Source of the DNA: Psilocybe cubensis
Lineage: Eukaryota
Assembly: GCA_017499595.2 (NCBI GenBank)
Contig: CM039003.1
Coordinates: forward strand, 3,410,001-3,474,000
Length of the DNA stretch: 64,000 bases
Reading direction: 5' to 3'
Shown piece by piece: positions 1 through 12,934 of the stretch; positions within the stretch are counted from its first letter, which is position 1; each line of letters begins with the position of its first letter. A program made the position numbers and the translations under genes. The notes under the pieces were generated by a model. The model saw only the letters and a program-made list of their open reading frames with translations. It was not told where the DNA came from and made no database searches.

Positions 1-61
1 ACAGCTGGAATGTGTACCCAAGTGGCCCATCGAGTGCGTTCCCATCCTCTGCATCTTTTCT

Positions 62-480
62 GTGATCTGCGTCAACCACTTCACATACAACTATTCCAAT
101 ATTCTGTCACGAATCTATCGCATCCAGTCAACTCGCATTATCGCACCTCCTCGTCCCTTTCATACCAAAAACAATGAGAATAACGGGGACGGGATGGTTC
201 TACAATCCTTGTGTGGTGCGTGGATGCGTATGGGGATCGGATAGATCATGGATGGTGTTGTGTGCTATTTTCCCTGCTTGTATTCACGCACAGGAATGGA
301 TCAATGGGTTCGAATACCTGAGGTATTGTTTTGGTGCATCGCTCGATTTTAGACATTATTGTTGACTTTCTCTGGATCAGATAGCGCCAACCTGCTTCAG
401 ACTATGCAGCAACCACGTTCTGCCTTGCCACTGATCTTCTTGAGACGGCGCATTTGCGAACCATCCTGGAAGATCTATAT
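62..480 (+). pseudogene. Decayed copy of an unidentified dispersed gene/repeat family
   Basis: Nucleotide similarity to 9900-10200 (cgcacctcctcgtccctt...aatgagaat.acggggacgggatggttct...gcgtggatgcgtatggggatcgg.tagatcat); translated motif PRPFHTK...GDG...WMRMGIG; stops and frameshifts. Confidence 0.55.
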
Positions 481-1430
481 GACATGGCTACCAAGATGCC
501 CCTGCACACAACTCCCAATGCCATTTGGTGTTCTCTGTACATAATACTTGTAGTATATTGCCTTTATATTGGTTCCACATAACACCATTCACATCTCGAA
601 CCCACTCCATCCGTTTTACATCATATAAGAAGAACTCATTGGATGCTGTGGAGGGCCATAGATGCCTCTTCATGCCGTGCCACTCCACCCTAGATAGGGC
701 ATTCCGACTCCTATTCTCCAACTTCTGTTTTTCTGACTTCTGTTTCCAAATTCTGTTTCTGAATTCCTTATTTTCAATTTTGTTTCTTAATTTGATTTTC
801 ACCTAATCTTATGTTTCTTGCTTCCATCTTATGATTCTCATTCTATTTCATATCATTATCCGCTTTTGGATTTTCAGTTTTCTTTTCTATCTTGATCTTT
901 CTTTTATTTTGTTTTACTTCTTACCTTATGACTTCATTTTCTATTTCTGTCTTCACTTACGAGTCAGACAGGTCAGGAACAAAAATTATATGGAAATTGA
1001 CAAACCTCCCCCCCCCTCCACTATATACAACCCTCCAGCCAAATTCAATACCACCTACTTCTTTGACAAAGTGGAACACAAGGTGCAAGTCTTAGGTACC
1101 AGTTTTGAGGGCTTGGTTTCCTTGATATTACGGTTCTTCTCGCAATAGCTCTGGATGTACCCAAAAGTAACAGTGAGATAACTATTCTAGTTCCTAAGTT
1201 TGAGACAAGTGTTCAAATTATGCTTGTACAACTTGTTATCCAATTGCTGTCTTGCAAATGGACCTTCTAAGTTCTGGAGTAAATGTATTGTATTCAAAAC
1301 AATACTAAGCTAAAGTACATAGTATTCTAGTGCTCGTTTATATACTAGAATGTGAAGGCTGTGTCAAGATATGAGTTGTGTACTGTAACATGTTGGAGTC
1401 AAGGGATGCTATGTATAGATAAGGAGGCTG

Positions 1431-2159
1431 TGTAAGGCAGAACATGAAGCACGTTGAAGATTGAAGTTTGTGATTTGTTATAAGCTACAAGTAACCCAAC
1501 AAAAAACAACTCCAGGGAAAGAATGGTCCAGACTAGATAGGACAAAACCTTCACCTAAGTTTCTTAAGGGAGGACATTGCCTAGGATTTAAGTAGATAAG
1601 GATTGTGTGGATAGTAAAGGGTAAAGAAAGCAAGATGGTAAGTAGTGGATAGCCGGGTCTTCTGGGTACAATGGTAAATAAACCTTCAAAAAATGGAATG
1701 GAGCTGTGAAATTAGATAGCAGGTATATAAGGAAAGCGTGACAAAGGTGCGTAAAAAGCATAGGAAAAATCAATAAAGGTGAACCTTAAAGGGGTGGTCT
1801 GAAGAGAATTGAGGATGTTTTGAGGGGAAATGAGGAGATGACTGGGAGTTGGAATGTCGTTGAAGGGCTGAATCTTGGGGATGGTGAAGGTGAAAGAGTC
1901 TTGGTGCCGCCTTGCGCTGATAATTGTAGTATGTAATTTTTTATAGACTATAAACAACCCAACAAACCAAAACTCCAGGGAAGGAATGGTCCAGTCTAAA
2001 TAGAACAAATCCCTCACTTAAGTGTCTTGAGGAAGGACAATGCCTAGAATTTAGATAAATAAGGATGGTGTGAATAGTGAAAGGAAGTGAAAGCAAGATA
2101 GTAAGTACTGGGTAACTGGGTCTCCGGGATACAATAGTAAAGAAACTGTCAGACTTACA
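1431..2159. mobile_element. Probable solo LTR with an internal ~215-bp diverged direct repeat
   Basis: Begins tgtaag and ends cttaca (TG..CA with 6-bp terminal inverted repeat); flanks ggctg/ggctc (5-bp TSD with one mismatch); 1475-1690 and 1938-2150 are clearly homologous (aacccaacaaa..aactccaggg..gaatggtccag..aaagcaagat.gtaagta). Confidence 0.5.
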
Positions 2160-3864
2160 GGCTCCCCAAAAACCTTAATATTGAGGAGAAAAAAGAGGCA
2201 TTTGTAATAGTCTTAGTTCAGCAATGACTTCATGTGCAACAAATGCCAAATCAATACTCACCACACAGTTTCCTGCTTGAAATATCAAATTCCATCGAGA
2301 AAAACACAGTATTTGTGGATAGTAGGTTGACTATGGGTATATGCAATTACATATTTATTAGTGGATTTTTTTGAAGATGATAGGATTGAGACGTACATTG
2401 TGGGAATAATGGTTCTAACGAGTGCGCTTTGTAGCGAGTCATGGCTGTGTTTTGATGGGAGTGGTGTAGAACCCGAGGTGCAGCCCACTTTGTAAGCAAA
2501 TGGGGGCAAGGAAGGGTATGTGTGGATAGTGAAGGACGGGATTCAGCTGCAGGAGTTGTAGCAGACGCAGTGGTGGTGGTGTTGGTGATAGCAAGGTGGT
2601 GGTTTGGTAGCAAGAAGCGAATGCGCAGCACATCACGTAGCACACCATCTCGTCGCATCGCATCGCACTGCGTGCACACGGACGGACACTCTCACACAGT
2701 TGATAAATAGAACTCGTGATTGCTATCATCGTTGATTCCAGCACGAGATTTAATTAGAATGAGGGAGGCGCGCCGGGATTCCGTACATTGACATGGAATT
2801 GGGAATAGAAATAGATATGGAAATAGATATGAAAATGGACACTATGAATTGGTTTGATTGATGCTCGGATGGGTTGACCTAACATGCTAATTACACTTCG
2901 TGCATAAGATTACCTGTAACTTAAGCATTTGCACCGCGCCGGGTATGTATCTGTCATCCACGTTTGGTAGTTCTTAAATTCAAAAGCGGCAAGGCGCAGT
3001 CCACGAGTACGATCACAGGACGGACCGTTTGTGTGGGTAAGTTTTCTTCTCACTGTTTCAGCCTCGATGTGGATCTGAATTTGAAAAGGTGACGTCGGAT
3101 TTCAGAGTCTGGACAAAAGAGAAGAAGGCAGAAACGCTCAGCGTCGATGTGTCATTTAGATTATCATTTGAGAGACATGAATAGCGTCATTTACGTAGCG
3201 ATATGCACAAATTTGATAGCATACTTGTTAAAGAGCTGGAAAATGGCCTAGGAGACGAGACACGAGAGACAAAAGGAATTCGGAGAGACGGCGCAGACAC
3301 GGTGGTCACAAAGCGAACGGTTGTTGGATGCAGGAGGTCCCAGGGAGAGATGTGGTGTTGAATTGTGCAAGAGGTTGTGAGAAGTAAGACGATGCGAGCG
3401 GGGATTGCTCGATTGGCAAGGTCGGTCACTGGTTTGGGGGAGGATGAATGGCTGCAGTATAAGGGTCTGCTACAACATGTGTGCTGCGAAATAGCACAAG
3501 AATTGGAAGAGTAAACAGTATGATGATAGCATCGCACAACCAGAAGAGTGTCTGGGGTAAGGAAGCGTTTTAAAGGCGTGGGACAGTTCAACCACACGAA
3601 GATCACCTGCATACCCTAATGGGTGGATATGATGCACTGCGGTGAAGGTACAATTCCTGTAAACGCTTCCTTATCTCGATTTTCACGATTCAGATGGGGA
3701 TGCTATGCATAGGAGGTGATAGAGGATGGGACTCCATCGACCACGAGGAGCAGGTGTGTTGGCTGGAGCAGAGCCACTCAAACTCACGCTTAGGGTGAAA
3801 AGATTGCCTTGTGTGTAGAGAAGCACATAAACTATGGGAGAAGGGACCGCTAGCGTGATGAAAA

Positions 3865-4920
3865 TGGTAATGTAGCGCGTATCGAAAAAAGACAAATAGG
3901 AATACTTCACCAGTTCTACCTCGTCGTGCTTCCTCCCAATATCCCAACCCCATCACAAACTCGGCCCATTTTGGCTGATATTGATATCTTGTTCCTGAGG
4001 GTTAGAGTGTCGACGAGAGGTTCATGGTATGGACATTTCGAGTGCTTTCGCAGGAGGGTGTGGCTGTAAAAGCACCCGCGGAACCAAACGTGGTGATGTG
4101 TCAGCCGGCGATATCCGAAATCAATACACAGTCCAACCCAAAGCCTTTCCCAAAGATCTTCTGCGATCTACGCAAGCCCTTCCACGAAAAATATTCCCAA
4201 AAACGCATTGCGTACTTTTATGCAAAGGCTATGACGACTACTGGGAGTTCAACAGGTGGTACTTGTAATCGTGTTTGTCCCGGTACGTCACTCTTTGCTA
4301 GAACGGCCAGGGACGTCAGTGTTGGCTTTTCTAAATTAGATTGGGATGACCCTTCTCTTCAGGCTCAGTTTTATCCCGTGTATGCCTTCCGAAAGTCCGT
4401 TATGATGGGACTGTGCAACGGCACGTATGTAAATCATCCTAGCGGTTGTATATAATTTGGCTGCCTATCTTCATCCCCATCCCCATGCCCGTCCACATTC
4501 CCATCCCGAACCCACTCCCTCCGTCCAAGCGACTTCCCTTAACCCTCGATCTCTATCATGCCTTAGCAACGATAGATACGGGGTGTTATATTCATGCCTG
4601 GATTTGGTGGGTGGGTGTGAGTTTCGGGTAAGTTTTTCATGAATAGAGTAGGGTGGTGATGGATGGCATGCTCACAACTCACAATTCCCTCCTTCATACG
4701 ATACCTCCAAGACCTCCAAGCTTCATCACTCAACCTGTTTTGCCACCCATACCGTCGCCGCAAGTATCCTACCTTCAATCCCTTACGTGCACAGGCAGTC
4801 ACGAAACCCATGAATGTTCTTTGATTGCCGTCATCTGCGATCGTATCGATGGTTGGGATACATTTTGGTGTGCACGTTGCGACAACATATATGCGCCGCA
4901 ATGATATCTGCGCATATAAC
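3865..4920. repeat. Segment with a diverged inverted homologue at 21840-23345
   Basis: tagcgcgtatcga.aaaaga.aaata.gaat.cttcacc (~3872 vs revcomp ~23300-23340); ccacat...catcccgaacccactccc.ccgtccaa.cgact.cccttaaccctcgatctctatcatgc (4490-4562 vs revcomp 22460-22530); atatatgcgc block (~4888 vs ~21860). Confidence 0.75.
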
Positions 4921-5783
4921 CTTCCGATTCCAATCAACGCCTCTCGGGCTTCCTGATCCTTTCCATCATCCGCATCCCCATCTCCAACAAGAGTCATACC
5001 GAACCCACCGTATCCATCCTACTCACTTCCCCCTTATCCCCAACTCTGCGTCATATGACGGTATGACGGATACAGGGCGGCAAGGCGCGGAATAATAATA
5101 GGAGTGGGTGCCTGTGAGGGTCGGTTGCTGGCCCCACAAAATCAGGTCTTGTCGGGGAAGGGGATGAATGGATGGATGGAAACTGTCGTTCAGACGGCTG
5201 TCGGGTGAATATGTCACTGCTTCTTCTACTCTACTCATAATGCGCACCTCGTCGGATCATGTATGACTACTTCTCGTTTCGTTTATAGCTAATTGACGTC
5301 GCAGTGCATTCTTTTGTTGGGGATATACTGCATATATGCACTTGACTCAACTAATTGGCGTGGTTTCATTGAGTGTACACCGATTTTCTAATTGAAATTT
5401 CTTCGTACACAGCCTTCATCCACATCCCAAACCCCTCGCATCTGCACAGAAAAGACCCTTATTCCCCCGATACCTTTCCTTTGGCATAGCAGCAATGGCA
5501 ATGGCAATGATAGGCAACGGGGTCTGGTCCGAATTTTCTTTATGCGGATGCGTCTGGATGTCGGGTTGATATGGTTATGATTGGTTGTAGGTTAGGAGAT
5601 GTGGAACGTGTATACGAGGTCAAGACAAATCGAGAAACATTGGCTTTGTGAGTGTATATAAGAAGCATTAATGAAGGATTCCAGAACTGCGACATGTAAA
5701 TGGTGCGTGCGAGAGAAGGGTGTAGATTTGGACGATATATCTGGAGAAACGACTCTGTAAATGGGTGACATTTTTTATGGAAA

Positions 5784-6560
5784 GTGGATGGATTGAAGGA
5801 GGACATGCACCTCTTCAGCACATTTGAGAAAGAGTGTGGTCATCGTATACGTAGTTTCGTAGTTGATCACGATGAGAAGCGAACACGCGGAACAAAACGG
5901 GTGCTTTGTCAGCCGATTCAGAAAGTCGAATTGGAGCTGTGCAGCCTGTGCAACTTTTTCGCATTCCCCCATCAGCACATTCAAAGGCCTGGATATCCTG
6001 AATCTCTTGTCCTACAGAACCTCTCTAATCACCTCCACATCTGTGAAAACTCGAACCCATCGCATCCGCCTGAATGTGCTATCATACTCCCCGGCCCCTT
6101 TCATACAAGGGACGGAGATGTCTAGTTGATATTGGGAATCACAAAGGCGTGGATGCGTTGCGAATCGGTACGATCGTGGTACTTGAAATGTTGAGTAAAG
6201 ATGTTCTGTGCTTGTGTTCATCTGCGTGGTTCCATCGATGGGTTGGATGTCAGCCTTCATGTTGCTGTAATCTCCTATCCATAAACCCTGTTCTTCTATC
6301 GCGCCGTCGGTAGCCATTCCAGCAATCTGTCACGAATCCATCGCATCCACCCACATCGCATTGTATTGAACCTCCTCCGTCCCTGACATGGCAGAGCAAT
6401 GAGAAAGACGGGGACGGGATGGTTCTAAATCTTTGTTCAATGCGTGGATGCGTGGGTGCGAATAATTGATGGCGTTGTGTGTAATGCTCCCTGCTTGCCT
6501 TTCGTTGTGTGGTCGCCATCGATGCGTTGGGATACTTTCCGATATCGACTCTTCAGAAAT
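5784..6560 (+). pseudogene. Decayed copy of the unidentified dispersed family (RGTKRVLCQP...NPSHP...PFHxxDGD)
   Basis: Clearly homologous to 9470-10050 and 11440-12075; longest open piece 5784-6125 reads RIRSFVVD..RGTKRVLCQP..LCSLCNF..LSNHLHIC..NPSHPPECAIILPGPFHTRDGD. Confidence 0.6.
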
Positions 6561-6830
6561 TTCTTTCATAGACTACTGAACTATGTTACGAATCCTCACC
6601 AATTTTATTGCCGTACCCAATTCCTTTCATATCTCGAACGCACACCATCCACATGCGTGTGAGGGTCGGTAACCCTGACATACAGCTTGTTGGGGAAGGG
6701 GTAAATTTCTGCTTTTGATGTCGTTTGAACACTTCTCTTATAAATGTACAAAATTATTCTTTAAAACACAACAAAAAATAATTATCATTTCAGCCAGAGA
6801 AAACAGCACTATAGTCCATTGAGTCACTGC

Positions 6831-7690
6831 CTACATTTGACGGTCTGCACCATCCCGCAATTTATCCAAATGCTCCTTGGCTTCCTGGAGTAAACTTTCC
6901 ACTAGGTCCACAAACTTGCGGAAGTTATCTTGACTTGGCATCTTACGGTAATTGTCAACAGCATTGTTGAGTATAGCTTGGAAATTGTTTTCATCGCTGG
7001 AGACCCGGTTGGTACCGTGTGAATACTCAAAGTGGCGGCCCTCCTCGGAGAGCTTGGAATCGAGCAATCCATCCCGCAATATATCCCGAAATTCAAGCAG
7101 TAGTTCATCCGGCAATTGACACAGAAATTCATACAGAATTTCATCCGATAATTCATCCGACATTGCATCCAATTTTTCATCCGGAAAATTGTCCAGAAAG
7201 TCTATTAAGTTTTGGAATATGCTTTCTTCCGCGGTTAGTGACTTGCTGATGGGATCTTTATTTGACTTGAAGACCCTGTCCTGTTCATCATGAACGTTCT
7301 TGCGTAAGGAGTCGCATAACTGGCATTTGATCTGACTGCTAACACAAGGAATGTTTGCGCCTTGCTTGTCTGAAGGTTTAACCTTACCCTCCTCAGCGAG
7401 TTTGGTGCCGATGTAAGATCTGTGGGTAATAAGCTGAGTTTTGTACGTATAATACTGAGTTCTAATATTCCTTACCCTTGATGAGAGCTCATGTTGTTAA
7501 ATTAGATGTTGTTTCTTCGATTGGGAGCTCTGAAAACCAAGCCGTTGACTTGAGGTGTATTTATACCTAAATCCCCACCCCACTGGCCTTGGGAAGTGGC
7601 ACAAGTTACAGCTGGCCCGATGGCCCGAGCATCGAGTGGACACTCGCCACGGTGATATACTTGGTTACCATGTATATCATAGTTTCACAA
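6831..7690 (-). pseudogene. Multi-exon hypothetical gene; 5' part cut by the TIR element at 7695
   Basis: Stop-free frame from an ag acceptor near 7420 to the stop at 6831 (SYIGTKLAEEG...KCQLCDSLRK...LDAMSDELSDEILYEFL...DRQM*); upstream gtaag donor near 7476; helical, acidic composition. Confidence 0.45.
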
Positions 7691-7694
7691 CTTT

Positions 7695-9025
7695 CATCGG
7701 CAAAAGTGACCAGACCCCCAAATGCCTTTTGTGCCTTTTTAAGCAGGTCAATGTTTTGCGTGACATGTTAAGTCACACAAAAACATTTCACTGAAATTTG
7801 GAGGTGCACAAAACATTTGGAGAGCATTTGAATGCTCCACAAACATTTATACACCTCAAAGTTCAGTACAAAATATTCCATGTATTTACATTTATCTCTT
7901 AATGATTTGTTTGCCATAAAACTTGCAGAGAACAATTGATTAAAAATAAAAACAAAGAATAAAACATTGAGTTTAACTTTTTGCTGACACAGATGATTAA
8001 AGGGCTTCAAATATGTTCAAAATGATTTAGGTACAAGAAATTTTACTGACCACACGTAATACCTATGACACTGGCAGGTTGTTTCCAATACGACACCATT
8101 GTCATAAGAATTACATGTACGTGGGAAATTTAACTTCAAGAAATATAAATTAGAGAGGCCCGTCTCCGATGACAAATTAAATCGGAGACTGAACATCCGT
8201 TTTGAGCATAAGAATCTGAGACACGCCCAAGTCGCTTTCTTTCTACCCTCTCATGGCCACCACTCTGACGACAGCGCTCTCTGGTTTCAATCAATACTGC
8301 TATGCCTCTTTCTCTGCATTTCAAAACTGTTGATAGAGCTGAAAAGGTGAAAGACATGCTCTCATTTTCATCACACAACCCTAACTGACTGTTTTATACC
8401 TTTTCATGGCATGTTCTTTCTCTGCCTTGATTATTCCTTTCTCTCAAGTGTATCATATAGCCAGATACACATTTTGGTCACCTTATTGGTACGTATATGC
8501 ACATATATTTTAGATCTGCTTGACCGTGACTCATCACAAAGTAGATCTCGTTGGACGGTTGACACATCAATTCGATCACGTGACTTCGTAACGCCGCCCA
8601 GGTTGTAACTTGAATCCATTTTCTCTTAGTCATTTCTATGTAGCCTTTGTTGTTCTGAATCTTTTCCAATAATATTTTTCATTGAACTACTACATTCTAC
8701 TGTGTGAATACCTAAAGTGGCTAATAGAAGTAGAAATATACAAAATATATCATTGTGTCAATATTGGGTGAACTCTAAATGTTTTTGGGGCTCTCAAAGG
8801 CAACTTGAATGTTATCCAAATGTTTTTGGGTCTCCCAAATTTTACCGAAATGATTTGATTAAATTTAAATCTAGCTAAAACATTGGTTTTTGTAAATAAT
8901 TTATAGCCTTTCAAAATTCCGAGTCTCTCGTTAGTCAATCTAAAAGGCCATTTGGGCCTTGGGGCATTTGGACGCCTCCAAATGCCTTGGCAAGGCATTT
9001 GGGGACTTGGTCACTTTTGCCGATG
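7695..9025. mobile_element. Non-autonomous TIR DNA transposon, ~1.33 kb
   Basis: Perfect 18-bp TIR catcggcaaaagtgacca (7695-7712; revcomp 9008-9025), extending imperfectly through ccccaaatgcctt; AT-rich interior, no transposase ORF seen; flanks ..ttt / tta.. give only a short possible TSD. Confidence 0.8.
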
Positions 9026-9286
9026 TTAATGGTCAAAGCTATGTCCAAATATTACGCAAATTGCAAAAGAGCCTTTGTTGGTCCAGTGGCAAATAAGTAA
9101 ATTATCCTCAAAGATTGCCAATGTAATTATTTTGTAATTTAAAACGCGTTTATCAATTTATGTACATGACTGGCCAGATGTTTTCAACATCAATGTAAGC
9201 GCCAATGGTGTGGTTTTACAAGTATTAAATAATATTGTACACTATAGCTTTGTTGCTGCCACATAATAATTTCTATTGTAATTGTA

Positions 9287-9460
9287 TCAATGCCACTGAT
9301 TGATATATGTTGGGAAAGCTCCCTTCTCGATATAGGTTGGCCATGAACTGGTGGGCATGTCATGCATCATTGCGATGAGAGTGGCTTCGCCTGGGCCACA
9401 AACAATGTTGTGACACTGATGAAGGTGCAAGCAAATGGTCTCCCGACGTGTCGGGTCGTC
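9287..9460 (-). pseudogene. Degenerate 3' part of the C2H2-like microprotein gene
   Basis: ETICLHLHQCHNIVCGPGEATLIAMMHDMPTSSWPTYIEKGAFPTYINQWH* aligns with the 42798-43107 and 61237-61544 proteins, but the CxxC pair is lost and the 5' end is replaced. Confidence 0.7.
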
Positions 9461-10600
9461 ACCGTAGATTACGATCCGAAGCAAACCCGCGGAACAAAAC
9501 GGGTGCTTTGTCAGCCGAAAATCGAGTTGGAAGCTGCGCAGCCTCTGCAACCTTTTCTCGTTCCTTCATCAGCATATTCAGAGGAGGCCTGGATATCCTG
9601 AACCTCATGTCCTCCAGAACCTCTCTAATCACCTCCACATCTGTGAAACTCGAACCCATCGCATCCGCCTAAATGTGCCATCATAATCTCCGGCCCCTTT
9701 CATCCAAGGGACGGAGATGTTGTCCACCTCAGATATTTGGCGCGGATGCCTATGAGGACGGTACGATCATGGTACTTAAGATGTTGAGTAAAGATGTTAT
9801 GTGCTCATCTGTTCGGTTTCATCGATGGGTTGGATGACAGCCCTCGTGCTACTATGATCCTACTCCTAAGCCCTGTTCTTCCATCGCGCCATTGATAGCC
9901 ATTTGAATAATCTGCCACGAACCCATCGCATCCGCTCAACTTGCATCGTATCGCACCTCCTCGTCCCTTGCATGCCAAAACAATGAGAATGACGGGGACG
10001 GGATGGTTCTCTAAATCCTTGTGAAGGGCGTGGATGCGTATGGGGATCGGCTAGATCATGAATGGTGTTTTGTGGTATTTTCCCTGCTTGCGTTCACCCG
10101 CAGGAGTGGACGATCAATGGATTCGGATATTTTGCGATATCTACACTGAGGTATTGTTTTGGTCCATCACTCCTTGTTAGTCCTGGGGTGTTTTACATCA
10201 GCATTGACTTTTTCTAGATTACGTAGTGCCGACCCACTTTTTACCATATCATTGGTGCAGAATAATTGCGACGTTCATCCTTCCGATCAACTCCCCAGGC
10301 TTTATCTTCCCATCATGCGCCTATCCTCTGTGATTTCCATCCATTGCGCTATTGACAGCCATTCCAATAGTCTTCTATGAACCCATCGCATCCGCCCAGA
10401 TTATAGCTGACCTTACCTCCTCGTCCCTTTCGTGCAAAGGTAATGAGAGAGACGGGGAGTCATCCAGATTGAATCTTGAGCGGATGTGTCTGAAATAGTT
10501 AGATCATGGATAGTGTTGTTCTGTCCTTGTATATTTATCTGCAGGAGTGCGTTGATCGGTTGGGATATCTTCCGGTATAGTTCCCTTAGATTATGGATGT
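9460..10600 (+). pseudogene. Decayed copies of the unidentified dispersed family
   Basis: cgcggaacaaaacgggtgctttgtcagccg at ~9488; aacccatcgcatccgc at ~9653, ~9920 and ~10380; homologous to 5870-6500. Confidence 0.6.
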
Positions 10601-11439
10601 GAGCTTTTACCCCATTTCCTTTAGATTTCAAGTAACATGAATGTCCATAGTTCATAGCCGAGAGTCAAGGACAGAGAGAGCGGAGCGGAAATCAGAAATC
10701 AGAAATCAAAAGGTTAAAAACAGCGTGGAGGCCTCGCTGCCAGTAAGTTGATGGGATTGACAAGATCGTAGTCCTGTGGACGGATTTTGAAGTAGGGAGG
10801 AACAAGAAATTTAGTCAAAGACTTAATGAGTAGGGAGACGAGGTGGAATAGACTGTTGTGATGGTATGGGATGATGAGCTATTGTGTTTAGAGGTTTCTA
10901 GCTGTCGAATCAAGATCAAGGATAAAACAGAGCTGAGGTGCGGACAGTCGAGGAACCTATACCCCGATAGTCTGAGAACGACATCTCAAGATGAACAGCG
11001 AAGATCTAGCTAACGACGACAATATGGACGTGAAGGAGTCAGTATGCAAAGTTAGACATTGGGAGTTTTCTGTATGAACATGGCAGTATGAAGGCTTACA
11101 GCACATGTATCTGTTGCAGGACGTCTTTGTATGAACGTAGGACCCAGTTGGAGATATATGGGATACAGGAAGCACCCCGATCTTGTGCATGTGGCCCTGT
11201 CAGTCGAAGGTCTTCCTCGACGGACGGAGGGGATGCAACGGATTGAAGGGCCTGTAATAGACATGTGTGATCCCATATCCCAATGCTCCTGATTAGAATA
11301 CTACGTTCATGAGAAGAGATGGGCTGAGAAGGGGAAAAGGATGGCCGGTGTAGTTTAGGTTGCGATAGCTCAAGAAACGAGTAACAAGTATATGGTGGAA
11401 ATTTGTCAAAAAAGTGTGAAAGGTAGAGTTACGGGTAGA

Positions 11440-12075
11440 GAATATTGTGGATGCTTTGGATGGAGGATCATGGTCGTCGTCGTTGATGTGAAGGGAGAAG
11501 TTTATAATTGGACCGCGGAACGAAAAAGAGTGCTTTGTCAGCCGAACGTCGGGGTGCCACGCGCAGCTTGTCCTCATTCCATCATCAGCGTACTGCTCAC
11601 AACCCCTGTAATCACCTCAAACTCTGCAAAAATATGAGCTCATTGCATCCTCCTGAAGGTATCATCCTACTCCCCTGTCCCTTTCATACAAAGGACGGAG
11701 ATAAGCTCTCGCGAAAAACTTTGGCGCGGATGCGGATGAAAACTGGTTAGCTGTCGGGCTCCACGATGTTGGGGATGTTCCGTGTTTGTGTTCATCTGTG
11801 CGGTTGCATCGATGGGTTGGGCTACCGGCCAAGTCCAAATGTGGATCATAATAACGACCGACACCTTGCTATTCTTTGCGAGGGGGTGTGCTCCCATTCT
11901 GTACCTCTTCTCCTCTACGATCTTTCCCATTCGCTACATCCCAACCCAAATTTGTCGCATCCCCACGGTGAGGAAGACGGGGATGTTGAGAATTTCCAGA
12001 TTGAAGCGGGAGCGTGGGGTATCGGTTAGATCATTGTTTGTGTTCCCGCTCATGGTTCATCGATGGGTACGCTAA
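11440..12075 (+). pseudogene. Decayed copy of the unidentified dispersed family
   Basis: RKRVLCQP, then NHLKLCKN..HPPEGIILLPCPFHTKDGD..LARMRM, broken by a frameshift and stops. Confidence 0.55.
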
Positions 12076-12934
12076 ATCGTTCTGATTTGTTTGTCATGGT
12101 TCCACCTCGATCTGTTTTTCATCTATCATCTTCCGTGATAACTCGTTTTTCGAGACCATAAACTCCAGGTGTGTATAAACATGACCTTCCCCCTTCGCAG
12201 ATCACTGTTACAGGGTTTGTGTACTGGCAGCATTGGTACTGTCGACCGCTCATGGAGATTCTGTCAATTTCCATGCCAATTACTATCTTTGTACCCACCC
12301 CATCTTTAGTACACCCCGAAACCCTCACATCCGCCCGCGGAACCTCTCTTACCCCCAATGTCTTTCAAATAACAGCAATGATAGATTCTGGTGGTTCGTT
12401 CAATTCACTTAAGTGGTGCGGATGCGTGAGGGTGGTAGGATGGTATTGATACAAGGTTTTATTCATCTTATAAATTTCAACGAGGATCTACCACTTCTTG
12501 ACGTGTAGATATTTGAGCATGAAATGAAATATGTATGAACTGTTTAATTGGATGGTGAGTTGATACACTGGCATCTTATATTCCTTGACTCAGTCAAGGC
12601 AAGCGCGCACAATGGATAATTTTTTCTTCGTTAGGAAGTTCCCTGGGGTTCAAGGAAGAGGTCTAGGATAATAAGAAAAATACAAACCCACCATCCGGGA
12701 GGCCCGAACGGCTGTAGACAGTATAAATATCTGCCATTCATCAATCTTCAAATGATGTAAATGCGACCATGGGTGTAATGGACATATATACGTCTGCCCT
12801 GGGTTTTAAGAAAGCAACATCTGAAAAGTCATCATCCTAAATCGCCTTGCTCACTCAATCCGAATTGCCATCCCGTACGCGAAAAGACCCATTAGGTGGA
12901 CTCCGTTAGGCTTCCCGGGGACTGTGTATCAGTA

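Noticed and set aside
488-1148. ORFs in the T-rich stretch as genes or retroelement proteins
   Set aside because: Low-complexity composition and no gag/pol motifs that I could recognise.
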